A DNA stretch of 63,304 bases, counting the filler, from Choristocarpus tenellus KU-1152 (lineage: Eukaryota > Protista > Phaeophyceae), in assembly GCA_964200185.2 (NCBI GenBank). It is 10 parts of 10 records of this genome, joined end to end, with 100 filler letters (N's around TTAATTAATTAA, not from the genome) between each part and the next. Parts side by side here need not be neighbours in the genome. Positions count along the whole stretch, not along the records: positions 20,765 to 35,446 come from CAXNAD020001139.1; positions 35,547 to 40,677 come from CAXNAD020011777.1; positions 40,778 to 50,879 come from CAXNAD020003152.1; 7 more parts are not named here. One strand, 5' to 3'. This document shows, piece by piece, positions 27,031-40,997 of the stretch (position 1 is the first letter of the stretch; the number at the start of each line of letters is the position of its first letter). Below the pieces are notes generated by a model that saw only the letters and a list, made by a program, of their open reading frames with translations, had not been told where the DNA came from and ran no database searches. The position numbers and the translations under genes are program-made.

Positions 27031-30000
27031 ATGAAGACAGTCGTCCCATCCCTAGTGCAACTGGGCGTTCTCGTCATACTTGCCATTGGTGGAGTGAGAT
27101 GCGGGGCCGTGCGACAACCACAATCAGTACATTGCTCCTTTGTGGGTTTGTGTAGGGGGGGGGTTGTTGGAACACATGTGCGACTGGGGGGGACTGAGAG
27201 TTGTTGGCGTGGGGTGAAAGAATTATCGGACGGAAGATCATGCGAGCGGGCATGTGCAGTGCGAGGCCATAGGCGTAAGGCATGCGTTGGGTGAGTCAAC
27301 ACTAAAGAAAGCTCTGTTTGGGTTCCAACGCAACTTTTCCTTCCCCTCTGAAAGGTCACCCTTTCAAGAAAGAAAAAAGTGGAAGGCAAATCCCGGTAAA
27401 ATTTGTCCCATCAATCCGATACCATTCTCTGGAGGAAAGAAGGATGATGTTCCAGCAGTAGTGCTAATGGTTGAACATTCTTGTCACTCTCTCGTTCGCA
27501 AACTGACGAGCAGAAGATCGAGGAAAGGTCTTCTGGTCAAGCCTTTTCTTCTTGGGTTCCGCCCCAGATTTGGTCGATCCTGGCAACTACTACACCTTTA
27601 GCTGATCCACCCATCGTTTGCTCGTATCCTCAATCTCAACCGCAGGCCATGCATGGTGGCAAGCAGCCCATTGGGACCAGATATTTCGACGCACGCATCG
27701 AAGACGAACGAGAGGTTGGACAGCTTCAATGCGGGTATAATCAACGCACTCAAAGGCAAGCTGCACCACCTCTGCGTTGTATTTTCGTCCCATATATTGT
27801 GGGTGGTTATTTTAGTATACGCGGGATGAAGACGTACTCATTGCCTAGGTCGTTGTTAATCCTTGAGAAGTTCTGACACTCGTACTTTGATCCAGGAGGA
27901 ATCTTTATCATTTTCCACTGGAGGGGTCACCCTTGCTGTCGGAAAATTATTGCAATATTCACTGCGATGGGCCTTTGGATAGGTCAAGGATAAGAGGTTG
28001 TGGGCAAGGAGGAGTCCACTCGGGCAAGCGAGGATCGTTCCGAGTTGGGTGTAAATGGGGAGAAAGTCTATGCATTGCAAGTGTAGATTTCACTCTGCAC
28101 TTCTTCTGAGTTGACTACTCATTGGATATACTAGTGGTGTGCAGTTTTTTGTTGGTCTATTGCATCAAGCTTGCTGATATGTGCTGCACAATGTTGCCGA
28201 GTCCCGGTTATTTACTTGCCTATGTTTGCATCATCTTTCTTGGCTGTTTGATGTACTCTAATTGCATGTCACAGTAGTCGAATATTTTTTAATGGATGCG
28301 TCAACATGCATGTGTACACCGTTTAAAATAAACAAGTCACTTGGCACAGTCAAGCAATTTTTGATGTTATTCCCCCCTCGATTCACCCCAAAGAAGTTTA
28401 GTATCAATCACGTGAATTGTGTCCATCTTAGACTCTCAAAATACCCTTGAAAAATTTTAGACCGTAGAGAGCCTCCTATAAAAAAAAATCAAATATTAAG
28501 TTTTATTACCGCTTTGGGCTGGTTCGTTTGGTTGATGCTGTTGATGCACAGTTTTGCAGACTCCAAGGTGGCATCGCAAGGGAGGTACTGCCTACAATTC
28601 TCGAGTGGGCAACCCGTACCACCTATAATTGTGACCTTTGTTCTTCACTGTGTCTGAATTTTTGTTTCTTGCCTCATTTTGGCCTCACAAATTAAGGGTG
28701 TGTGTGTACATGGGTGTAATTCCCTTTGATTTACCCCTTCCTGTCCCCCACTGCATTTCTAATCCTGCCAAGGGATCACCCTGAAGGAGGGGGAGAGGAA
28801 GGGGAATGGTGCATGTGTATCATGCCTCAAGTATGCCCACTACCGGTACCCAGTCACTGAAATCGCACCTGCAGATTTGTATGTGACAAACTGTAAACGG
28901 ATAATGCATTTGTAACAGGGTGTCATGTTCTCTTTTGTGGGCAGGCTTGATGACAGCATACTATGGGGATCGCATCTATGCCAGGTTCTACGCTCTGGAG
29001 ACTATCGCTCGGGTGCCATACTTTAGCTACGTGAGCGTGCTGCACCTGTATGAGACACTGGGACTCTGGCGAAAGGTGGGGTTTGTAGGATCTACTCAGT
29101 GTTTGGACTGACCAGGCTGAAGAAGAGATAGGGAAGCTTAGAATGAAAGCAAGGTTGGGTGGGATTCAAATGAGGAGTATGCTGATGAGGAGATTTTGAT
29201 TCGTAACACTAAGGCTTTAACAAACTAAAATAAGCTCGACCGAATCTTTCAGAGTCATGCCTTGACATAGTGTACCGACATGACTGAAGCAGGACAGTCC
29301 TGGCGAATCGTCTAAGACTCTAATATTATTTCCTGGTGTTGACAGAGGATGACTAAAATTAACTGGGAAAATAATCAAGTCCTACTCAACGTAAAATTGG
29401 TAGTGTTGGATGAATGTATGTCCTACACATTCAAGAGAGGGAGAGAGGGAGAGCAAAGGAGGAGTTGGGGTCTCTCTCAGACATCAATCAGTCATCTTAG
29501 AGTTCTCTGTTAATGTCCTGCAAGTTAGTGCATTTTCTGCACCCTTCCTGTTCCCGTATGTTACCCCTGAACTCCCCATCTTTGACTTGCACTGCTCTTT
29601 GTACCTTACCCACTCAACCTTGTGTACAGTACAAGATTGAAACTGTAGAGATGGTAACTGCCGAGAATCTTGCAGGTTCCTGACCATGGTATTTATGTAT
29701 GATTCTTTTCTATGTCAGTGCTGTAGTTAACTTGACTACAATGAGGGTAGTCTCCTATATACAACTAAAACGACATGCATATATAACGAGTGGAAATACT
29801 TGCTGGGTCTAGATGGCTCACAAGCACGTTTCTGTGCAAGTAATTGGCAGTTGCAGGTTGGTCCATATATATATATATATTTTTTTTCTGAATGAGCCAC
29901 GAGAGTGGGATTGAAATGGGCTTTCCCCAATGCCTGCGCATTATACTTCATCTTGGGTGTCAAGAGAAATTGTACCTCTGTTGAGGTGGAAGTTTTGAGG

Positions 30001-32851
30001 CGGATGAGATGGTCCTTTGGAAGGTCACCCACTGAACAACCATACAACAAACAGGGGCAAAGAATGAGGACACACACTGGGACATATTATGTAGGCTGGA
30101 GGTCCTTGTCTCCTTTCATTGAACTCTCCCTCCTGGGTTTTTCCAAGATGCGTATTACAGTAAGTTTGGAGCAAAGAGCAAAGGGGCATTTGTTTTGCCT
30201 TTCAAAGAGCTACGCTCTCCACTCTGTAATTATTCACGAAAGGAGCAGGAGGGTATGGAACATGGCATGAGAGGTAGTGCTCCCACCAGTAGGATGACAT
30301 GCATGTGTTGCTTTCAGCCAATGGGATGTCTTATCTCTGTAATCTCCGCTACCCACTTATGGTGCCTCCCCTAACAGGCGGAGTACTTGAAGATTCACTT
30401 TGCGGAGAGCTACAATGAGATGCACCACCTCCTCATCATGGAGGAGCTGGGAGGAAACACCCTCTTTTGGGATAGGTATAGCACAAACTATGTACTTTCT
30501 GGTGCTTTACTTGGGTCAGGGCCTTTGGGTTGGAGTTAGGGGGTTAGGGTTGAGATATTTTGAGAAATGCTTGGTACTAGAGTTTGCCATATGCTGTTGG
30601 AGAGAGACTCCCTTGTGCAAATCATCTCCTTGTGAACAGGGGGGAGGGGTGTGGGGGTGTATGGGTGGGTGTATGCTAGAGCTATACATACTCAGGCCTC
30701 CAGCTTGTAGTCTGAATGACATGATACAATGGTCGAGGAAACTGAAAAACCACTCAAGTTATCTTTTCATTTTTTTTTTAAATATTTTAGCGTCACGCTT
30801 CACACATAGTACAGATTTGTGTTTACAATAATACATGTATATCCATATCATCCGTGACCAACAATTTAAACATGAAAAGCACTTGCTGAGGCTAAGCATG
30901 CAGGAGTAATACTGTGGTGCCATCAGGTAAAGCGTTTTTTTGTAGTAGGTATATTTTTTGCTTTTGATAGAGTCTTGTCCATGGCTCTGAAATCTGTAAG
31001 TCGATTTGTAGTAGTAGTATTAATCCCGTAGGCACCAAGCCCTCCATTCCCTCCTAGGCAAAATCTTCACACACCCCTATTGCATCCACTGGTGTTGTTG
31101 CCTCCAGCTTCCCCAATGTCAAAGATTCCATTCGACTGAATCTCTATTGCAGGGCTCCTTGAGCTCACCTTGGTAGATCTTTTTTCTTCTCCTACTCCCC
31201 CCCCCCCCCCCCCCCCCCTTTGTTTGATCTGACGATGGCAGGTGGTTTGCGCAGCATGCTGCCTTCTTTTATTTCTTTGTTGTAGTTGGAATGTACATGG
31301 CAAACCCTCTCAACGCCTACAACCTCAATCAGGTGTGTGTGTGTGTGTGTGTTTGTTTGACAAGGGGCCTAGCCCTAACCCAAGCCCTGTGTCAAAGCTC
31401 TATTTGGACAGTAAGAATCATGATTAAGAAAAAAATGGTTGTAACTGCATCAGAGTTTCTTTAATGGTGTGTTGCTTCTCCTTTGTACCTCTGTACCATA
31501 AATGAATGAAAATAAAGGTCATGAGCGAAAGTACCAAAAAGATAAAAAAAAGAAACTTCTGGATTGTCCCTTGCAATTTTTACTCTCAGTATCAGCTATG
31601 ATACAGATCCGTGATAGCCACGGACGATTTGTTTTGACATGACTCAGTTTTCCTATGTTTTGACAATATAGTTGGTAGGTGTCTTCCTGTATAGAATATA
31701 AGAGGAAGACATACATGGCGTAACGTCAGTTTTTTTTTCTCATATCAATAAAATAACCTGTCAAATTTTGCCCAATAGGATGCCTTCATCCTCTGTACTC
31801 CCTATCCCAAAACAATCTTGAGGATAGCTAATTGCTCTTGAAACAGTATTGATGACACGCAAGCAATCGCTGGAATGTGAAGTGTCACTCTCTGGAGGAG
31901 GCTGGTCCTGGATGCATTATGTTCAAAAGGAAATGCCTTAGAGAGTACTAGAGACCTCTACAACGGGCTAGAGAGCCCGTAAGATTATTGGTAGGTACTT
32001 TGCTTTCGTTCATACTGTGCCTGTGCTTGAACTTATGCTTGTGGCCTGCTGTGCAACGCTGTTTGTCTTTTTAACCTTTCAAGCATGTTGAAGAACATGC
32101 TTTTGCGACATACGATGCCTTCATTGCAGAGGAGGGTGACAAGCTAAAGGAACAACCCGCACCTGAGGTCTGAATGCATGTGCCAAGTCTAAATGTGGAC
32201 ATACTATGTACCAATATGCAATGCAAACGCTGTCAGAGTTTGTGAGCTTGCTTGTGATGCTGGTCAGAACTGTTGTGCCTGGAAATGGAGTGTGCTCAGG
32301 GAGGAGTTGACTGTGTGAAGCATGTGTGATACGAAATGAACCGAAGTAAAATGTGTTACCTGTAGTGAGTAGCAGCATTCTTGTGACATGCGCATCTAGA
32401 GTTAACTGGTGCCTTGCTTGAACTTCTTTGTAGTGCAAAGAAATCCTTTTTTTTCAAAGGGGTTTAATGATCTTTATTTGGCTGCGATGTTGTTAATGTA
32501 TCCAGCAGCAACTTGCTTCCTTGAGTACTTCATTTCCGATGCATCTCTTAATATCTTGAGGTGTAAATTGTCATGGGTGCTGCCAGGAGCCTTGGATGCA
32601 TGCCTCCGCCTGCAAGTTCACTTTCTTGATATGAACCCTCCTCTCTTTCCATGTAGCTTGTGATAAGGCAATTGTGCTGCAATTTTTTATTCTTTTTCCT
32701 TCTTTTTTTTGACAAGGTTGCAAGGCAGTACTATGGGAACGACAAGCTGTACGTCTTCAATGGTCTGCACAATGACCCCGAGGGAGTTACCTTTGAGGAG
32801 AGGGATCTGCTCCGACCAGTCATGGACAACCTCTATGATGCCTTTGTTGCT
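27031..32851 (+). CDS. PTOX: Plastid terminal oxidase (alternative-oxidase family), 3'-incomplete. Exons 27031-27290, 27646-27755, 28945-29075, 30378-30475, 31242-31332, 32084-32167, 32717-32851
   Basis: [46 protein letters not shown] and NLYDAFV are PTOX motifs; all exon phases are compatible; hydrophobic N-terminal leader; final DExxH exon not found in the contig. Confidence 0.93.
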
Positions 32852-35800
32852 GTGAGTCATGTTTTGTTATTGTTTGCCAAGAAAGCTTCTCTTTGTGTTT
32901 AGCTTGTTGGGATGCTGAACTAACTTTGTGTGAGAGGTTGAGCATATTTCAGAGATTGTATGTATGCGTGTGTGTTTATGTAGTGGGTAGAAGTTGTGGA
33001 GTTGGACTCAGAGTAACCTGACAATGTGAGTGAGGGGTGTTGTAGTGTACGTTCAGAGTTTCCGATATTCCGATATTCCGATTTTTTAATACGTTCGTTC
33101 CTACTAAATATCGTAAAGTTTGGAATTTTTGGCATGGAAATACTTATTTATTATTGCCGTAAGGAACGTACCTTAGGAGGAAATGCTGAGTCTCAATATG
33201 GAACTAATTTTTACTTTCTTGGATCCTTTCCTGTAGAAAAGGTAGAGGAAGGAGTCTTAAACATGTTCCTGCAACAGCCTTTGTTGTTCGTCTTGGAGAA
33301 AAATTGATGTGGCAACCCCTCTCACAGTGTGTGGTCATTCGATCCAAGAATAGTATCACCGGCATTGCATTTGGTAATTTGCATGTAGTAGATTTAGTGA
33401 AAGGGATAATTTTTTGGGGGCGAGTGGTGCAGATGTAATGTGATCTTTCTCTTACGTAGATCAAGAGGTTGTGTTTTAAACTTTTGCTTGGTTTGAATTG
33501 GTGTTTTTAAATTGGTGGTGTTTAGTGGGTGGCCCGATTACTTATCTGGAAAAAAAATCTGATTTCCACCCAATAAGAATTTGGAGATGGGCAGAGTAGT
33601 GCAACACTGTGTATGTTTACCGCTACCGGCACAATGAATTCCACATGTACTGTCAATAGTTTCATCCTTAGTCTTACCATATCAACAACTAGAACAAAAT
33701 CCTATATTACACTCTGGTTTGAATTGTGTAGGGTCTGTCATTGACTTTACATCTCCTTGATTTCCTTTTTTTCTTTCCAAGTGACTTCCAAGAGACTGGA
33801 ATCTGTGGTAGTGGTTTTGCTTTCAGAGTTTCCCTGATGAAGACTTCAAGTATTTCAACAGGTGTAGATTTTTGATGCAGGGTTTTGATGACAAGGGGAA
33901 AGTCAATTGATTGGGGCACTTGTCATCTTTACTCTTGCTTCTGAGTAGTGTTGAAAGGGAATTACTTGATACCCATCTTGACCAGCTCTTAACCTGGCTT
34001 AGAGGCATCCTTTCACCAAAGCCTCAGTTATGTTGAAGGCACAACAATCCTCAAGCTCCCCCTCTGTGCTCTACTGATGGAGTAATCACTCCACTATGTA
34101 ATAAATAGTGCCCCTCCCATGGGAAAATTGGAGTCCCAGTTCAGGCAATTAGATTTATTGCAGAAATATTTTGTGCGCAAATTTAATTGTGCCCTTAACC
34201 TATTAGCCATGTGATTCTCTGTATGGATTTCGTTTTGGTACTTATCGTATGTGTGCAATATCCCCTTTCTCGATACTTGGTTGCTCAGGTACGAAATGAT
34301 GAATGGGAGCATGTGAAGACCATGATTGCCCTCCAAAAAAGGGACAGCACTGACTAGTATGGTTACAGTAAGTCAAAGGAGAGAAGAGGTGGGGAGGAGG
34401 TAATTTTTTAAACACAATTGCCTGCCTAGTTATGCTTGGTATCTCTTAACCTTGAGGAATAGGAGAATGGTGGGTCGCACTAGAGGTTTAGAGCAGAATT
34501 GTTTTTGCTACCAGCTGGAGCTGTGGTGACAATTTTTGGGACTACAAAAGCCAATTATTTGGTCACCTGTGTTGTTTAGTTTTTGTTGTGGTGTGATTGT
34601 GTGTGTTAGTGCTATGTTTAAATTGCCTAAGTATGTTTCATTGGGTAGTTTATTCCGATGTATAGGCAGCCATTAGGCTTTGTGCATTCCTCCAGGTTTG
34701 GTTGGATACGTGAATAGTAAAAAGGAAAAATATAGATATTCAACATGTGGTGCAATGGATGCCATTCTGGTGACAAAATTGTTCATGCTCTCCTCGTCCC
34801 AAGATGCCTGACTGAGCAGCAAGCAGCTCATTTTCTTGCTATGTGCCCTGGTGCATCGTGTTCTGTAATGCATGCAGGGCAGTAGTGTGAGCACTTGAGG
34901 TGGTGAGTTAGTAGAATTTCAAAGTCAAATGTATTTACCACTTCAGTACAGCAAGGGGAAAGGAACACTAAAATAAAATCTCATTCCAACCAATCCATGG
35001 TGCAAGTAGCACAAAAAGGTAACATTTTTGTTGAAGCTGTGCATTATCATTACCTTTATTTATGAAAAATTGTAAGATTGGTGATTGGGTTACCATGTTT
35101 CCTCAGAGTAACCATAGTGATGAGCACCTACAGTTGGTTACACAGTATGTCAGATTGGGGATATCATACCGACCAGGAGCGTAACAAACAGGAAGACGAA
35201 ACTCCTTGATGCTATTGGAGTGACATACGACTGGCAGACTTGGGTGTTAATGTTAAAAAATAATACCACTGTTATACCTGTCAAACATCATACTACCACT
35301 TCTGATAGTTCATCTCCTTTTCAAATAGCAGTTATACATGCCAAAGTTCCATCTGTCCCATTTCTACCTGAAACAGCAGATTCCAAAAATTGAGGATGGA
35401 GCTTTTCATTGAGGATGAGCTTGACCCAAAATTGACTGGGATAAAGNNNNNNNNNNNNNNNNNNNNNNNNNNNNNNNNNNNNNNNNNNNNTTAATTAATT
35501 AANNNNNNNNNNNNNNNNNNNNNNNNNNNNNNNNNNNNNNNNNNNNCCGACCATACTCACCATATTCACTTTGCAGTTACCATGCCTAGATGTCTGATAT
35601 ACAAAGTTATAGATCCCTCCAGCGTGGAGTAATGTGTTACCTATGTGTGTATGTACACGTGCGATATGTTTTTCTATGCTTCAACAATATCATCTCATCC
35701 AGTCGTCCCCGTGCTGCTGCAGCTGTTACCACGCGTAAATATCTACAGAATTAGAGATCCGCTGCTGGAATACGATCCTTCTAGGATTCCATCCCCCGTC

Positions 35801-37124
35801 CCTCGTATCCATCTCTAACACATCTCCCATTTATATACATACGTGCGCTACTACCATAGGAACGGCACGTGCAAAGATAAGGACATGGCTCTGAAGCGAG
35901 ACCTGGTGATGTCCTGGATAGACTACTGGGCTGATACATACGGGCAGTTCATGCCTCACAAGTCCACAATCGTGATCTACGCCGCGAAGAAAGAGGTAGG
36001 TTTTAACATAAGTTGTGGAGAGGTTGGCCGCACTCTGTATTGGAGGATGTTCATTACTTGGACCGGTCTGATATTAAGGTCCAAAGAACATGTGAAGATT
36101 CGTACCAAGGGCTATTTTTTTCGTTTGCTATGTCGAGACTACAATGCTGATGATGATACTCTTCGTCACTTTTACGAAGGAAGGCACAGTAACTGTTATT
36201 TCGACTCCGTGTACACATACTCTGCGGCCCCGGTCCCGGTCTGACATTGGTAGGAAAAGTGTGTACTTCATGTGTCTAAAGCGCTTCGCGATGACGATGA
36301 TTATGATAGTATATTCGCCTCCTTTGCCACTTCTGTAAACGGCAGCGAGGCCCGAACAGAACGACGCTAATGGAAGATTTACGAAGATCATTGTGTTAGC
36401 TCTTTCGTAACGCACAATGTAAGTTTGCTTGACCCTGTCTTCCGCGTTCTCAGTCAAGTTTTTGCTCAGCCCACCTACGAGAGATCTTCCAGGGGTGTTC
36501 TTCGAGTGTTCCTTCTCAATAACTCCTCACTTGCCCACACAACCAACATTTTAAATTAGGAGCTATACAAGGATTTTTGCAAAGAGGCAATACGAGTGTA
36601 TCCTGACGACCCTTCGAAGCGGGTAAGCAGGGCGCACTTCCTCCGGTTGCTCAGAGAGAACAGGCCCAACATCAGGGTGAGGGTAGGAGGCGAGTTTATG
36701 AAATGTGACATATGTGTCACCTTAAATGAGAAGCAGCATGGTGCGCCTGGTGTAAAACCCACGAACGACTCCACCGTCCTTGAGTCCATCAATAAGGAGC
36801 TGTCAGACCATCCAGAGTTATGTGTCCAGCGTTAATTTGGCAACAAGCGTAGAGTGGCAACATGTCGCCGTCATTGTCCTCCATTTTGAACATCTGTTTC
36901 CGTTTTCGAATGAAGACTTCCACGAAGGTGCTAATGGCAGCAGCCTAACCCTCAATCACCGCAAAAACGTTCTTATTACCTGCCCACACACGTTGTATGA
37001 TAGACTGCTTCCTGGTCGTGTACAACGGGATGTAGGACGGACAGGTACTGTAGCGGCTTCTCAGGCCCCATACGTACGTGCTTCCGACAATCCCGATAAT
37101 ACTATGTTTGTATTGAACGCAGCA

Positions 37125-37383
37125 GAGTGAAAGTATCTTAGAGGGTAGAGCCGCGTCCATTTAGGGGACAAAATCCAATGTTGCAATTTTGATATAGTTT
37201 TGACTATCATGTTTTTTAGGAGATATCAATATCCTTGCTGTGGAGACACCTTTTCGTAACGTATGCATTCTACCTACTCTGAAACATTTTGGAGTAGGTA
37301 AAATGTCATTAAAAACCCGTGGGAAGCCAAGCCCCAAATGGACAAACAGGGCAAAACTCGTACCCTCTAAGATACTTCTACTC
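37125..37383 (-). mobile_element. Sola-like MITE, copy E, in an intron of the transposase
   Basis: TIRs; perfect TSD AGCA. Confidence 0.95.
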
Positions 37384-37743
37384 AGCATTAAAAAACATAT
37401 CCAAAGACAATAATTTTTTTTTACTTACACTCCATTTTGTTACTAACCTGATACGTGCTAACAAGTGGTCATTTTTTTACAACTCTGAGCAGCTTTATTG
37501 ATTTACAGACGTGATATTGCTCTCCCCCATTCGCCAGATTATCCAAGCGGATCGACTGGTCATCGCCAACAGCACCAGCAGCGCCATGCGGGCCAAAGCC
37601 GACGGCAAACTTCTCGACTTCGTGTTCATGTCCGTAGATGCCGCGAACCAGACAGCACATGCCCTCCAAGCACTTCACCCACCTACCCACGGCGGTGACA
37701 GGTAATCACACGCACGCATAGTCCATCTGACAACAAGTCTGCA

Positions 37744-38002
37744 GAGTGAAAGTATCTTAGAGGGTACGGATTTTGCCCTGTTTGTCCATTTAGGGCTTGG
37801 CTCCCCACAGGTTTTTGATGAAATGTTACCTGCTCCAAAATGTTTTGGAGTAGGTAAAATGTTCATGTTATGAAAAGAAGTGTCCAGAACAAGGATATTT
37901 ACATCTCCTAACGAACATGATAGTCTAAATTATATCAAAATTGTAACATTGGATTTTGTCTCCCAAATGGATGCGGCTCTGCCCTCTAAGATACTTTGAC
38001 TC
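37744..38002 (+). mobile_element. Sola-like MITE, copy F, in an intron of the transposase
   Basis: TIRs; perfect TSD TGCA. Confidence 0.95.
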
Positions 38003-40997
38003 TGCAGCCGCACGCAGAACAGAATAGACGACCCCGTTTTATTCTACGAATGAGTGCAAAGTCCCAAGAAATAACCGCCAAAACAGACTCCCATAATTCC
38101 ACTACCTATTCCGATCGTCATGATGACGACGCACCGTAGAACCTTTCTTTAGATGATTCTTTGATTCATGTCCTTCTTATCAGGGGCTACTCCGAGCGCC
38201 AGAAAATCATGACCGCACACGTCGAAGGCCAGTTCGCAGAGGTGTTCTTCACTCCTATCAATCTTGGAGGAGGTACGTAATGTTGGTTGTCGCAAATAAT
38301 CACATGACTGAATAGATGCTTCAGCGCAAGCACCACTTCATTTATGGTCGTGGCAAGTGGACCTGCCTAAGATTGGATACTCGAGGACGAGTACATCCCT
38401 ACACCATGTGCCTACAGATACCACAGGCCTAGTGAACAGTCGATTAACTGATGATGCGCTGTGCTCCCCTGCCATCCTACGCATCAGCTTAGGGTTAGGG
38501 CGAGAGGAGCGTAAGAACTAATCAACGAGGGGGGAAACCCACACACATGTATATCAGCCAGTCGGGTGTATGTGCTCTACATTGCAAAAACAAATTCCAT
38601 TACCCCTCTTTTTAGCTCCAAATATACAATGCGTAAGTAAGCAGAGTACTATTTGCCAACTAACGATGGACATCATCGTTCGCACAGGTTGTAACCTTGT
38701 CTGCACAGCCACCCACCTTGCCCTCACTAGGCTTATCGACAAGTACCACAACAGCCTCAATCACGCGGGGAGTCACATCATCCAGCACGCGCATTGGCAG
38801 GTAAAAAAGTTTCATCTTGACACGACCTACTCAACACATACTCGCTGAATTCCGGTCACCAAAAATCTAACTGCACGGTCTTTAGTCATGGTTAGTGTGT
38901 TGCTTCTTGCATGTATGATGGCGGTGATGTAGAGCTTGTGCTCTAGCAGTCATGGAAACATACCCTGTTCCTCCACGAAACGCGGCGAAATGGGCTGACA
39001 TATCGGCCTCATGCCTATCCCTCCCTCGCTCCCAACTCCCCTAACTGGCCAGGTCGACAACTGCGTCTCATAAAACAAGAACAATTTCTTTCTCGGATAT
39101 GCGGGGCTGTTGATCACGGCGAGTATCATTCGTGTGCTCGAGATACATTTTATGATGGTGGGGCACACGCACATCAAAATCGATCAGATCTTCTCCAGGT
39201 AATTAGGCAAGATATGCAAGTGTGATAGCCGCATAGTGTTTTGATACGGACAGATACTACCTTGAGGCTTGCAGCTCATGCTTATTGCATCCATGTATGG
39301 TTTATGGTCATACACTGTAATTGATTGATTGGCTTTTGATTTCCCCACCTAAGAATTGAATGATAAGAGCAGCTGCCAAAAATGTTTCGTAACATGCTCT
39401 CGAAACAAAACAATAAAAAAATGTACGCATCACCCCTTATTATACCTATACTTCCATATACATGCTGAGGAGCATGTGCCTGCATATATATCTTGCTTCT
39501 CCACTTCGTTTCTTTCGCCCCCGCCTCCAAACTAACTTGCTTCCATTTCACCTTCAGGTTCTCACGTGGTATAAAAGGGAAGAACATATTCACGAGAACA
39601 CAGCTGGGTGAAGAGCTGCAGGTCTCTTACACGGAGGTTCCTGTCTACTGCAAGACCCTACGGAACCAGGGAAACTTCAAGGGACTCCTTCGCGGTCACG
39701 TCAACCGTGTCCCCAACATCACGAGCTGCAGGAATTTTCGCGTTGAAAAAGGCGGTGATGGGCGGGTTAAGGTTAGCGTTAAGCAATACATGCACAGCAC
39801 CGAATGGAGTGGAATAGGGGGAGACCTTGCTATCGACCCCAACGCCCCTCCGCACGACCTCTTCATCGTCCACCCGCCTCGTATCCAAGATGCACCACCC
39901 TACAAGCTCAAGAGCGTTCCCGAACACGTCATCCTGAAGGTGGAGCAGCGGTACCAGGCGACGCACTAGCGCCTCACTGCTGTGTACTCACTGGGTAAGT
40001 CGATTTTTTCGTGACGGGAGTTGATGGCTACTTTTGTATTCGGTGGCAGCCAAAAAAATTTGGTGCAACTTCTGTAAGAGGCAGCCTTTATCCCCTTTAA
40101 AAAAACAATCTCGAAAAATATTCCATCCTCATGTGTAGTGATTGTCGCATGTTACAATAAATAGTACTACAGATTACCCCCGATAAATGTGTTCAGGGTA
40201 CCGGTCTTGTACTCAACAGAAACGAATCCGACGAAATATACACCCTCTCTCTCACTGCATGCTCCCTGAGCGCATTCATGAAACCTCACATCTGCTTACA
40301 AAGTAACATTCGTGCTTCCATACCTTTGATGTTCTCGTGTTCATGGATTCCACCTTCGCAGACGATGAAGCCGTTTGGAGAGCGAAACACGAGCAAAGAG
40401 AGTCTATGCGGCTTCTCAGAAAGACAGGGGAACGAGAGTTCGACCTCCCTGTCCATTGGCTTCCCACCGATGACGATGGCGCTAGAACTGGTACCAGCGA
40501 CGTCGAAGACACCGACCAGGGCAAACGCTCGGGTGAAGGAGATAATCTCGTCAGCGGTGACAATGATCTCGGCGGGCTCAAGGAAACAGACTCTACCTCA
40601 TCGGACAGCGACAAGGAAGAAGCTGACTCCCGTAGACGGGGTTGGCCTCGTGCTACGTTGACATCGGCAAACCATGGNNNNNNNNNNNNNNNNNNNNNNN
40701 NNNNNNNNNNNNNNNNNNNNNTTAATTAATTAANNNNNNNNNNNNNNNNNNNNNNNNNNNNNNNNNNNNNNNNNNNNTAGAACTTCAATGTCATAATGGT
40801 GTTTATGAAACCGCCATCAAAGCATATCGCCTGTAACACAGCTTCTTCGCATAGACGTACGTGATAGAGGGAGTATGATGCAATAAAATATTATATGATG
40901 TGATTTAATAGAATGTAATTTAACATTAAAATAGTAACATACTATAATATAATATGATGCCATCCAATCAAATATAATATAATTAAATATATTATTA

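Larger units (their letters stand above)
35860..40677 (+). pseudogene. Intron-rich Sola-like DDD transposase pseudogene. Exons ~35860-35995, 36560-36817, 37538-37701, 38184-38272, 38688-38800, 39053-39198, 39558-39994, 40361->40677
   Basis: The spliced peptide has FMKCDIC...H, MSVDAANQ, WQVDNCVS*NKN and FMMVGHTHIKIDQIFSR. Exon phases are compatible. In-frame stops at 39071 (TAA) and 39967 (TAG); donor at 36818 reads TT. Confidence 0.82.

Noticed and set aside
37125-38002. MITE as an introner (intron-generating element)
   Set aside because: Copies lie inside larger introns or other TEs, and their ends do not coincide with splice sites
39071-39969. In-frame TAA/TAG as stop-codon reassignment
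   Set aside because: Host genes show no internal stops, and the same gene also has a broken donor, so ordinary pseudogenisation explains it
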